This document shows positions 22,160 through 33,900 of a stretch of DNA of 64,000 bases, piece after piece. The stretch comes from Ascoidea asiatica JCM 7603 (lineage: Eukaryota > Fungi > Ascomycota). The translations under genes were made by a program, and so were the position numbers. The notes beneath the pieces were generated by a model. That model was not told the origin of the DNA. It worked only from the letters and a program-made list of their open reading frames with translations, and did no database searches. The stretch's first letter is position 1. Each line of letters opens with the position of its first letter. The stretch is taken from assembly GCA_001600695.1 (NCBI GenBank), contig BCKQ01000017.1, positions 237,295 through 301,294 on the forward strand, given 5' to 3'.

Positions 22160-24102
22160 CTACTCCATGATTCCTTCTAATAAATTATCAATCATTTCAA
22201 CAGTCTCAGATTTTGCATCTTCAGAAAGCTCAGTATCTTTGATTAACTCTCCTTTGTATTCATTCAATTCTTCTTTGACATCCTTATATATTTCTGTTTT
22301 GTATCCTGATTCAATCAAAATCTCTTTTACTTTATTCTTTACTTCGTTTGCTTCATTTGAAAGCCAGCATAAAATCAAATCTATTTCTTGGACAATATCT
22401 AATCCCATATCAATCTTAGCCAAATATAAAAATTCATTTGTAATTTCGTTAGAGTTTATATTTTTGATTTTGTTTGTGTAATGACTTCTAGTTTTTAACA
22501 ATAATTCCAATTTAGGACGGCTTAAAAAGCATAATTTATTCACCAAACGTATTCTTTCCTCAGCTTCAAAAGGTAAATTTGTAAAAATACTATTTATTAT
22601 TCCAATTGATCTTTTGATTGATTTTCTAGACTTATTAAACTTGAATAAATATTTTAAAATTCCATTTTTGATAATGTCAATGGAAATTTCACATAAAATA
22701 GTCTCATTTTCTTTTTTATCTAAAGTAGGAAGTAAGACATTCGAGAATGTCTCAAAAACAGCTTCATTTGCCCATTTAATAGCCTTTTTATTATTACATT
22801 TGGTATAATTATCTAGCATTATAATTAATAATCTTGTTCCTTCATTTTTTAAAAACAATATTTTGGAATTTGTTATTGTTTTGGACAACAAAGATAAAAT
22901 GTTCAATATATTTTCCAAATATTCATTAAATTCTATATTTTTTTGCTCTTCTATCCAATTTTTTGGTTTTTTGACTTTTGATAAACATTGTAAAATTAAG
23001 TCAATTATATCGTTCACTTTATCTTTAAAATGCTTATTAATAATTCCATTAAGAGTTTCAAAAAATTGATCAAATAGTTTAATTTTTAGCTTAGTATCAT
23101 GTATGAAGTAAGTTTGCAATAACAAATTGAATAAAAATTCGGCCACAAATTGATTAAGAAATGAAAACTTTTCAGACTTATTATGCTTGAAGTTTAGATG
23201 TATTATTAGATATTTCATTAAAGTTTCATTTTTTAATAGTAGGGAATTACAATTAATTGCTTCTTCTTTTAATGAAGGATGAGACTCATAAATTGATAAG
23301 TTACTTATTAATTTTAATAATATATTTGAAGACAAAGTTTTAAGTTCCAAGTTATTCATATAGTCAGAATCATCATTATCTAAATATTCTAATAAATCGA
23401 TTAATTGTTCAACAAAATTCAAATCTTTAATTAATTTCAGCAAAAATTTTAGTTCAAGTACTTTATTAGAATATAAACTTTCATTATCTTTTTCAATATT
23501 TTCTTCATTATCATCAATTAAATCATTAAGTATATTCAAGATTTGAAATTTTATATCAAAATTAGGATGATTTTTCAAAAGATATATTAGGTTAAATAAA
23601 GAATTTTCATTTTTTTTTTGTACTTTTAAAAATTCAGCAAAAAGAAATTTAGAAAAAGATAAATTTGAAAAAACTTTAATGAGATTATTTAAAATTTCTT
23701 CACTTTTTAAAAATTTTGTAGGAGCATTTTTATATTTAATTCTTAAATCATTATTAATTTGAATAATTTTAATTAATTTGGAAGATAAATTTTGAAACCA
23801 ATTTAAATCTAAATTAGAATTATCAATATAAAAATTGATCGATTTATTATCAAAAATAATTTCCCATTGAGTTTGACTATTAAGATTTTCTTGCTCTTCA
23901 ATGAATGATAACACTTTTTTTCTTTTTAAAGAATTTTCAGTCTCAATAATAAGATCTTTTTGTTCTAAAGATCTTTTTTGATTTTTTTTAGGCTATATTT
24001 TTTCAAATAAAAATACATAGATAATTAGTTAGTAAACAGTGCACGATAATGAGGAAAAAAGAAAATTATGAAAGTATAAAGAGTCTTACTCAAACATACC
24101 AT
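22160..24102 (-). CDS. CTNNBL1: Beta-catenin-like protein 1 (CTNNBL1, Prp19/Cdc5 complex-associated); exon 1 is ATG only (24102-24100), exon 2 23992-22160
   Basis: NNDLRIKYKNAPTKFLKSE, EYLENILNIL...FLKNEGTRLLIIML and YLAKIDMGLDIVQEIDLILCWL match CTNNBL1 blocks; ATG|GTATGT...TACTAAC...TAG|CCT gives in-frame MPKKNQKR. Confidence 0.85.
23993..24099 (-). other. Spliceosomal intron directly after the CTNNBL1 start codon (107 nt)
   Basis: Canonical GTATGT, TACTAAC and TAG; phase 0. Confidence 0.92.
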
Positions 24103-24661
24103 ATTGAAATTTATTAGTCAAATAAGTATATATCAATCTTAAAGGGTATGATTGAAAAAAAAATTTACCAACCAATTTTTAATAGAAATAATTATACAGA
24201 AGGTTATATCTCATTACAGTAAAGTTAATTTTTTTTACTTTAAATTAAATGTTTATTTTTCAATTTTTATTTATATAAAGTATTAGAATTTCTGTAAACA
24301 GCAAGCATCCAGCATCCATTGTTAATACATCCTTTTTCATAATTTTTTTTTTTTGATTTTAATATATTTCAATTGATAACTACAAATAATTAAAATAGGA
24401 AAGATGTATTGGATGGATTCAATGAAAGAAAACTGACTGATTACATAAATTGCAAATTAAAAACACAGACAAATTTATTTTATGAAAAAGAGTAAGCAAT
24501 TGACTATTAAAAGAAACAGGAGAAAACATAATGAAATGATTAAAATTATTGAAAAGAAGAAATTAAAACAAAAGAAAAAAGCAGAAAGGAAATAAATGAA
24601 AAAATACAGTAAAATAATTGATAATTATTAGGAATAAAACAAAGGTGTTAAAAGAAAGGTC

Positions 24662-25100
24662 TTAGAAAATAGCATCTAAAGCACAACAAGCACATAAAGC
24701 AGCTAAACAACCTAACATACATGAATCACCCCCAGAACCTTTAGCTGGTTGTTGTTGAACATATATTGGTTGAGGTTGATTATAATAGCCTTGCTGTTGA
24801 GGAGGATAACCTTGCTGCTGTTGTTGATAGCCTTGTTGATAACCTCCTTGTTGATAACCCTGTGGAGGACCATAATTGCCTTGACCAAACCCTCTAGATT
24901 GATCACCATATTGAGCAGGAGGAACACCTTGTGGGGGTTGATAAGACTGTTCATTCTGGTTATAATAAGAAGAAGCAGCACCAGTTGGAGGTGCACCTTG
25001 TGGACGCTTTAACATTAGTTTTGTTAGTTCATTGTTGAAATAAAATTAGTACAAAATGATAAATTGTATTCAAAGTACTTACATTATATTTTTCAGACAT
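24662..25100 (-). CDS. CYSTM-family Pro/Gln/Gly-rich protein with cysteine-rich tail anchor; exons 25100-25083 and 25006-24662
   Basis: C-terminus SCMLGCLAALCACCALDAIF is the CYSTM signature; exon 1 MSEKYN joins RPQGAPP via GTAAGT...AACTAAC...AAG. Confidence 0.9.
25007..25082 (-). other. Spliceosomal intron of the CYSTM gene (76 nt, AAG acceptor)
   Basis: GTAAGT donor; branch candidates TACTAAT (25051-25045) and AACTAAC (25029-25023); first AG downstream is AAG and keeps frame. Confidence 0.75.
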
Positions 25101-25893
25101 TTAGGATATGTGTGTGATTAGAATATGAAAAAACCTGTTTGAATTGAAAATTAAAGAATACAAATCACTGATTATGAAATGCTTTTGGTATAAAATAGTT
25201 TTGTGACTCAAGCAAAACGATTGCAAAAAGTATTTCTTCCCTCAAACGAAAGCCAGAAATGCAGGTTTATATTCGATTTTCCTCAGCGTCCAAAAGATGG
25301 AGACAATGCCAGTGCAGCAGCTACCGTAGTCACTCCAATGACACACTGTCACTCTCTGCCACCCAATACAATCAAAGCCACTTTATCCAGGCAGAAAAGC
25401 AGAAATGTTTGCCAAACTGTCTCGTTTGTAAATACAAGCACATGTCTTTTATATTTCATTTAACCCCAAAAGAGCTTGAATCCCAAACGCTATTTGCTTA
25501 AGCTATTGATTATTACCCTCCTCTAAATTAGACATTTTAAAATTTGAATTTGACTAAAAATTATTTGATTTACTATACTATTGGATTGAATTTTAATATT
25601 AACATATACAGTGATATCTATTCATTATAACTAACTATTAACTTATTTTGATATTTGCAGATTTTCGTCAAATTACACAAAAACATTAGCTGTGTCATAC
25701 AAACGGCACACAAACACACTTTCGAAATTTGTGGTGTGTTGACAAATTTGAGCTTATTAAGAATTTTTTACTTTTGTACAACAATGCGGAACTTGATTCA
25801 TGTATAATAAATCTTTTTGTAATTATTACAAAGTTCTTGAACATTATCATTTTGCCCTTGGAAGTTTGCCACGGTAGCAAATATCCAGTAGTA

Positions 25894-25958
25894 TTACCCG
25901 TGATGCTAGGTTGAGCTCAAGTTTCTTCCGCGAATTGGTAATGCGGACCAATGAGTCA
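25894..25958. promoter_or_regulatory. Reb1-like site (TTACCCG, 25894-25900) and Gcn4/AP-1 site (ATGAGTCA, 25951-25958)
   Basis: Consensus matches in the divergent CYSTM/SLD7 intergenic region. Confidence 0.4.
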
Positions 25959-26578
25959 GACTTTTACTGGTTAATCTAGGTTCTACACACGGAGCAGCAG
26001 GTTTTTGGTAATTATTACCAAAAAACTTAGGTTTATATTCTAGCACCCAAATCATTATCACTTTATGAACACCTTGCATATTCAACATAAGCAGACCAAA
26101 TCACACATCCGACAATCCCTTAATCTCTTTTTTAAGGGGATGCTACAAAGGTGGCGGAAAAGTAAACATCATGAACGACAATAAAAAATCATTCACACAT
26201 ACCGAGCCTCTACTTTTTCCATTATGGGAGCCAGATTGGCAACTTTTAAAATAAATGTGGCTCAGCATAAATGCAGCTTCATGTGCAATTCTAGTATAGG
26301 CACACTGAAGTCCTAGCAGCAGAGCTGTACAGTGAAAAGCGTGTTGCGCTCTACCGTCCCTGTGGGTCCTATCCCTGCCTCTGTTTGAGTGTGGGTGAGT
26401 TTGCTGCTAGGTATCAATATATCACTCAACGTTAACCTTTATTTTTTGTTGTTATTTTTATTTCCATTTCACTTTTGAATGTTTATTTATTTGAATTTAT
26501 TATTTCTTTTTGGTTTTGACTTTATTTCAAGACTCTCTTTTTTGGTTTGTTTTCTTCGTTGGTTTTCTCATAAAAGTT

Positions 26579-27774
26579 ATGCAAGATTTAGTATTTATTC
26601 GCTCTTTCTCTTTGCTAATTCCTTCTTCCAATACTTCTTCAGATACTTCTTCAGATTTTAATGAGATTAAAGATATACAATTTTTTTCAAATTCAATTTC
26701 ACATAATTCACATAATTCAAATTCTTTAATAAATGATGTTTTACTAACAAATCAAATAACTGAGCTTAAATTCATTTCTATATTGAAAACTGATATAATT
26801 TCTCCAATATGGTTTATGGATTCAAAAACATTTTCCAAAAAAACTAATTCAACTAAAAATTCTGATCCAACTTTTAATATTTATACAAATAATTTAAATA
26901 CTTTTAAATTTTTTGAGAAAATATTATTAAATTCAAAAGATTTTAAAAATGGTTTAAGTTCCTTTTCAATTTTAACAAAATTAGAAATTAATAATCAAAA
27001 TTTATTATTTAAAAAGAAAAATCTTTTTTTTTTATTCTATTTTCAACTTTTAAATTTTAATAATGATAATATTCCAATTGTAAAAGTTATAAATATATCA
27101 CTAAACGATTCTTTAAAGTCTTTAGCTATAAATTTTAATGATTCAATTCTTGTAAACTCTTCAAATGATAAAGTTGATATTAATAATATTAATAATATAA
27201 ATAATATTACTGATGATAATAATCAATTGAAAAATATTTCTAAAATTCATGAAAAGAACAATAATACTTTAGAAAAATATATTTTAAAAAAAAAAAATAA
27301 ATCAAATATTTCTTCCTATCTACAATCTAATAACTTACTTTCTGCATTAAATCATGAAAAGGATATAATTTTAAATAATAATTCTTTTATTAATGAATCA
27401 AATAATAATTTAAAATCTTCAGTGTCTTCAATATCCTCATCTTTATCTTTGATTCAATCAAAAATCAAAAGTGATATTCAAAGAGCAATTCTTTTAGGTT
27501 TAAGAATAAGAAATATAAATAAAAATAATCCTGAATATACTCAAATTTATACTCAAACTTATAAGTCAACTAAATTTTCATTAGTAAGTTATTCTCTTTT
27601 TTTCTTGATTTTAAAATATTTCAATTTCATTAATACTAATTTTTAAATTTTTTTTTTGTTTTTCAGAGACATTTATTTATTCAAAATCATAAAAATAATT
27701 CAAAAATTGAAAGGCCTTCAATTGAATCAATCCAATCAATTATTGAAACGTTATTAAATCTTTATTGTCCTTAA
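26579..27774 (+). CDS. SLD7: Replication initiation factor Sld7; exons 26579-27583 and 27667-27774
   Basis: IKDIQFFSN near the N-terminus; RAILLGLRIRNI...IYTQTYKSTKFSL|RH...IQSIIETLLNLY is the Sld7 C-terminal domain, complete only after splicing. Confidence 0.8.
27584..27666 (+). other. 3'-proximal spliceosomal intron of SLD7 (83 nt)
   Basis: GTAAGT, TACTAAT (27634-27640), long T tract, CAG; phase 0. Confidence 0.88.
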
Positions 27775-27922
27775 TATTATTCAATGTATATTATTAATAT
27801 TTCTTTTCATTTTTTTCAAATTCTTATATTTACTAATTTAAGTTCAGATTGTATTATAATTCATTATTCTATTACATATATAATATATAACAAATAACAT
27901 ATAACATATAATATCTAATATA

Positions 27923-29185
27923 TTAAAGAAGAAAAAACATTATTGCCATTTGAACAAGAAATGAATAACAAAATAAAAAATAAATTCTTCTTTGTCTTTG
28001 TTTTTGTTGAATTGTTTGAGCAGTATTATTTAAAACTCCATTACCTAAAAAGATATATCTTAAGGATCTCATTAAAAAAAATTCAAAAGAAAAATTTAAA
28101 ATAAATAAAATTGAGTAATAAATTAAATTTTTTAATGAAAAAATTGAATTTAAAGTTATAAAAACAGAATTTTTTAATAATAAAATTATTATTAAAGGTA
28201 TAAATTTATAATTTGAATAACAAATTAAATCTAAAGATTTTGATTCTGTATTTAATAAATAAAGAAATAATTTTAATATTAAAAAATCAATTATTTGAAC
28301 AATTAAAATTTTTGTTGAAGTATAACCAAATAATTCAGGATGAAAAGTACCAGATAAACCACTTAAAGTAGCTAATAAAAAAATATAAGTTGTATAACCC
28401 ATTATTGGTAAATATAAATCAGGAGCATTTAAATCAATTATTGAAGGAGAATAAGTATCAATTTTATTCCCTTTTGAATCAATTGATTGATAACTTTGTC
28501 TTAACCAAGATTTATTTTTATAAGGAAATAAAATTAATAAAATTTTTTTTAAAACATATTGATTTGAAACTTTAAAATAATATTTTAAATCATCAGAAGT
28601 TTGAGAATTTAAATTTAAATTAAGATAATTTTTAAAATTATTATCTAAATAAGATTTACCAGCCATCATTGCAGATTCATTTATAAATTGATTACCAAAT
28701 AAATTTGGAAATTGAGGAATTGAATTTGGATTATTCTGATTATTTAAATTATTTTGATTAATTGGAATTGAATTTGAATTAATATTACCATTTAAATTTG
28801 AATTTATTGATGGAATTTGATTTGGAATACCATTTTGAATATTATTTGTGAAATTAGATATTCCAGAATATGATTGATTTTGTTGAGGAATATTATTGGA
28901 AGGAATTTGATTATTAATTGGAATATTCATATTCACATTCATATTTGAAGATAAATAATTTGGGTTTTGTTGATTCATATATGAATTAGGTCGAGACTGA
29001 GACTGAGACTGAGACTGAGATTGAGTTTGTTGATTTTGATTTTGATTTTGATTTTGATTTAAAGACTGAGACTGATAACCAGATTTTGACCTTTGATGAG
29101 ATTGTTGCTGAGTTTGATTCATTAAAATACTCGAAGTTGGGTGAGTTGGTTGAGGATGATAAATATTGTTTGTATTGTTATACAT
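27923..29185 (-). CDS. YIF1: Yip1-complex membrane protein Yif1 with Q/N-rich N-terminus
   Basis: LKYYFKVSNQYVLKKILLILFPY..KSW.R, DLNAPDLYLPIMGYTTYI, FHPELFG, FFLMRSLRY. Confidence 0.93.
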   Translation of the reverse strand: MYNNTNNIYHPQPTHPTSSILMNQTQQQSHQRSKSGYQSQSLNQNQNQNQNQQTQSQSQSQSQSRPNSYMNQQNPNYLSSNMNVNMNIPINNQIPSNNIPQQNQSYSGISNFTNNIQNGIPNQIPSINSNLNGNINSNSIPINQNNLNNQNNPNSIPQFPNLFGNQFINESAMMAGKSYLDNNFKNYLNLNLNSQTSDDLKYYFKVSNQYVLKKILLILFPYKNKSWLRQSYQSIDSKGNKIDTYSPSIIDLNAPDLYLPIMGYTTYIFLLATLSGLSGTFHPELFGYTSTKILIVQIIDFLILKLFLYLLNTESKSLDLICYSNYKFIPLIIILLLKNSVFITLNSIFSLKNLIYYSILFILNFSFEFFLMRSLRYIFLGNGVLNNTAQTIQQKQRQRRIYFLFCYSFLVQMAIMFFLL

Positions 29186-29687
29186 AATTTTGATTTATAA
29201 AATCAGCGTTTTATTCTTTATATAATGAATTCAAGAAAGACAATGAACGACTTTTAGATCTAGTTAAAAAGAGAAAATGACCTGTCTATTGAGTAACACA
29301 GTAAACTAAACTAGAGAAACAAACTTGTAGTAATTGTCATTAACCTGGATGATTTGAGATTGAATTGAATAAATACAGTGACTGTAGCATTAAAATTATA
29401 AAAGAAGGTATAAATGGAGGTGAATGTTTTCTTGTTTATCTTGTTCCAGCACTCTCCCACAGTTAACGCTGCCGGTTTCAATTAAGATAAACGTCACATC
29501 TAACACCACATCCGGAAAAGCAAACCCAGCCGCGGAACAATATCCACAGTACACACTGAACTTTTCCGGATTGGTGTTTCCCAACTCAAAATGCCCCGAG
29601 AACTCACGTGAACATACTCCAATAAAACCATGTCAGAATAGAAGTTACCCTCTTAAAAAACACTAGCCACACTCTGTTTAAATTGTT

Positions 29688-29781
29688 GGCACTATGGCCG
29701 AGTGGTTAAGGCGAAAGACTTGAATCCACTTCAAGGCATCTTTTGGGATTTCCCGCGCAGGTTCAAGTCCTGCTGGTGTCG
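29688..29781 (+). tRNA. tS(UGA): tRNA-Ser (anticodon UGA) with a 13-nt intron at 29725-29737
   Basis: GGCACTA/TGGTGTC acceptor stem with G discriminator, A box TGGCCGAGTGG, AAAGA-CT-TGA-A[intron]A-TCTTT anticodon arm, long variable arm GGGATTTCCC, B box GGTTCAAGTCC. Confidence 0.97.
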
Positions 29782-29792
29782 TTTTTTTTTTT
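29782..29792 (+). terminator. RNA polymerase III terminator (T11)
   Basis: Oligo-dT run immediately after the tRNA. Confidence 0.9.
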
Positions 29793-30956
29793 GATTGATT
29801 GATATTTTCTTTAATTTAATAGCTGCAATAGAATTGAAAATAAACTCTTCTTTTGAAAGGGTTCTAAAATTTGTTCTTTGAATCACTGGTTTAATCACAT
29901 CTTTTATTTATGAATGTTTCTAAAGTAAAATAATTTTGAAAAAATATAAAAAAGTTGAAATTTAAACTAAATAAAATAAAATAAAATAAAATAAATAAAT
30001 AAATAAATATATAAATAGATAAAATAAATAAACTGAATGTCAAACAAATTGAACGAAATATTAAATAGAAAGTTAGGTTAGCTTCAATTATAAAAATTAA
30101 CAAAAAAAATTCAACAAATAATGAAAAGAAAAGCCAATTAAAAATTAAAAGTAAAACTTTTCGAAAAATATAAATTTTGGAAATGAAATTAAAAATGGTT
30201 AAATATTTTTCAGTAAAGAATAAAATTATTTTTACATTAATTACTTTTTTTACCACCAATACTTTTTTTATCTTTTATCCCAGCATTCAAAAATCTTAAT
30301 AATAGTACTAATATTTATGATAAATATATATAAGATGCATATAGGAATAGGATAGAATTATTGATAGTAGCAGTGGTATTAACAGCAATTATAATAGTAA
30401 TAGATTATAATAGTAATAGATTATAATGATTAATAGTAGTAAAAATAGTAATAGTATTAGACCCTTGTCGTAACCCTGACAACAACAGTAACAATAGAAG
30501 CAACAGTGGTGGTGATGATAATAATGATGGCAATGATAATAACAATAAGGATAATGATGTTTATAATGATAAGGATAAATGCACTGTCTGAGATAAAAAA
30601 TAATAGAAGGTCAATTTGAAGGAAAACGTTAACTGAAATGAATAAATCAACAAATAAACAGATAAACAGATAAACAAATAAGCAGATAAACAATTAAAAA
30701 GATGAATAGATAAATAGATAAAGTGATATAGAAATAAATAGTGAGAGAGAGATAAATATAAAAAAAAAAAACATGAACATAAACATAACTATAAACACAA
30801 ATATAACTATTATTATTATTGTTATTATTATTATTTCTAAATGAGCTAGGAAATAATAAAATTTAAACCTTTATAGAATTTCCTCTATTGCTAAATGTAT
30901 TAGCCAGCTTTTTGAACTAAATTTAATCAAATAAACTTGAGTGAGATCAAGTTAAA

Positions 30957-33900
30957 TTATTGAGCATCGTTTTCAAAATATTGATTTGGGCTAGCTTCTT
31001 CATTTTTTTTTCTATCCAGGATTGATTGAGAATCAACTGATATTGATCCAACTTCAGTGTCAACTGTTGAATTTACACTACTTTTTATTGACTGCATTTC
31101 AAACCCATTGTTTAATTTCATTTCCGACGTTGAATCAATTGATGAAACTTGATGTGATGGTAATGTAGTTAATGGAGTTCCCATACTATTAGTATCTCCG
31201 CTAGTAACTCCAGAATTATTTGCTCCAATAATAGAAGCTCCACTACCAAGAATTACACTACTACCTGAACTACCTGTTGATGCCATTTCATTCATCATAG
31301 ATTTAGCATAATTACTTAATTGAGTTTGAGCACTTTCTCTTGGTTCTAATCTCATTGATAACTCATATTGAGCATCAATACTTGGACATTCTTCAAACCA
31401 ATTATCAAAGAAATGTTGAATTTCTGTAATTTCTTGAAATGGATAATAAACTGATTGATATTTAATTACATTTTTAATAACATCAACTGTTTTAACTCTT
31501 TTACTATAATTAATCACATTTTGATCATCATGAAGAAAATCAGAATTACCATCAATGATAAATGTCAATTCAGTCAAATAAACCCCAAAAAATGGAATAC
31601 ATGGTGTACTTCCAGAAAGATTACGTAAAACATCTCTGTATTCACTAAAATTCCTTTGAGGATCCATTAATCTTCTAATATTATCAAGTGAAGCTAATGT
31701 TCCTTCACTAACTTGAGCCCATGTTTTTTTCAAACGATGAATTGGTGATGATGTTAATGCAGAAAAAATAGCTGTCATTGCAGAAAAATTATTGAATTGT
31801 CTACATTTTTCTGCAACTGCAACAAAATATCGAATAATGTTAACCCTCTTTCTAATATCAGCTTTTCTCAAAATCATAAAAGATACAAAATATGTTAATC
31901 TATTAGAACTGGAAATGAAACTTGAAATACTTTTGGAACCACCTAAAGATCCATATTTATGGCCCCACGCTCTATCCAAACATTGTAATTGTGTAATTTT
32001 GGCATATAACATAAAATCTCTTAGAGTTATTTGTCTGGCAAATTCAACAAAATCAATATCTAAAAGTTTAATACGTTTCAATGATCTAGGCATAATAGGT
32101 GTTAAATCGTCTTGATTCAAAATACCAGCACCCCCAATTGTACCTGTAATATCACTAATACCAACTAATGACTCTTCAGTTATTTCGTAATCTTCACCAT
32201 CACTGTCATTCTCATCTATTGCAGCAGAATGTTTTTCATGATGACTGTCGCTATGACGATGTCTTCTCTTCATTCTTTCTTTTAAAAATTGACTGTAGTC
32301 ACTATACCTTTGTTCAAGTAAATTTTTGATAGTTTTAGATGTAGGAAATTCTTGTTGTAATAGGTAATTAACGAAAGAAGACCACTTCTCAAAAAGCTCC
32401 TTATCATAATATGTACTAATCCAAAATTTTTGTAACAACATCTTCATTAAATTAACAGATCTTAATTTAATAGGATATGATTTTCTTTTAACCCATACAT
32501 CATACTCTTCAAAGGTTAACCCTTCTGGTGCTTGATTATTAAACCTTTCAATTAATAGGCTGACAAGCTCTGTTGGAGTCATCATACTTCTATAAGTTAA
32601 TAAGAAAATATTATTAAAATTTGTATCAAGATGATCGTGATGGGTTAAATGCGCAACTAAAGCGGCCTTTGTACCACCTTTAATCTGCCCTTTAGCATCA
32701 TATATTAAATCATATTCCTCATCTGCATCCAAATACCATGGAACATCTTTAGCTGGGGATTTTATATGTGAAACACTATTGAGGTGAGATTTTGAATACC
32801 CTGTTGAGATTTGCTCATAAGATTCAGCATTGTGAAGTATACTTCCATTACTTTCGGAACGATCATTTTTCATCATTTCCATATTCAGATTTGAAATATC
32901 CATTACTCTTGAAGCATAGTTCAATATAGTTTCTCTTTCTTCTACCAATTGACCGACAATATAATTAACCACGTTAAGATTATTTTTGATTTTTTCTACC
33001 GTGCTTTTAGTTTCATGATATGAATCTATATATTGGCTTTCATCAATTTCGACATCCTCAATAATTAGAGACTTTTTCAAATTCATGGCCAATTTGTCTA
33101 TCTGAGATGTTCCAAACTTATTAACATCAGCAAATGGAGTGTTAATTGAATCTTGCTTAATGCTTTTGAAAACTTCAGGATCTTCAACAGTTATTTCTTG
33201 AGCGCACATAATTAAACAAGTTATAGAATTATGCAAATCTTGCTTCATTTCAAAGAACTCAATAAGAACAGGATAAGCATAAGCAACTACACCATCTTTA
33301 TTTGCATGTGCACCTTCCTCCTCTTCATCGACATTACGATCAGAGTGTCTATTAAAAACGCTAAAATCGAGTAATTCTAAAATATCCAAGACTTTGGTGG
33401 AAATAACTAAAGCTTTATAAACATTTGCCAATATAGATAAGTTATATTGATTTATTTCCTCAAGTGTTTTATAATCATTCTCAAGAATCTCATTGTTTGG
33501 ATTCTTACTATCCATTACCACCATTATTGTATCTAAAATATCCAATAGATTTTTGGTTCTTGATATTAACAAATTTAAGGTTTCTTTATTCAAAACTAAT
33601 TTTGCTCTTAAACTTTTGTTTTGTCCTAACTTCTGACTCACATAGCTTGCTTCTGAACGATTTGATAGTGTTCTCATTAAACGGCCATCAGACTGATTGG
33701 AACCAGTATTTTTCATACCATTTTCAGTGATCTCAGAAGCATTCAGTTCAGAAGACTTGAATGGATTTTCAGGATCAGGAAAAAAGGGATTTTTCCAGCT
33801 ACCCGCAGTAAAAAATCCTGTGAGAAATCTGGGATAAACTTGAGGTAGCTTAAAATCATCTTCATTGATATTTTCTGGTTCAGTACTTTTTGGTTTATTT

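Noticed and set aside
25700-25741. ACAAAC-GGCAC-ACAAAC and GTGGTGT as a telomerase RNA template
   Set aside because: The telomere repeat of the species is unknown to me, and I could not identify an Sm site, pseudoknot or three-way junction
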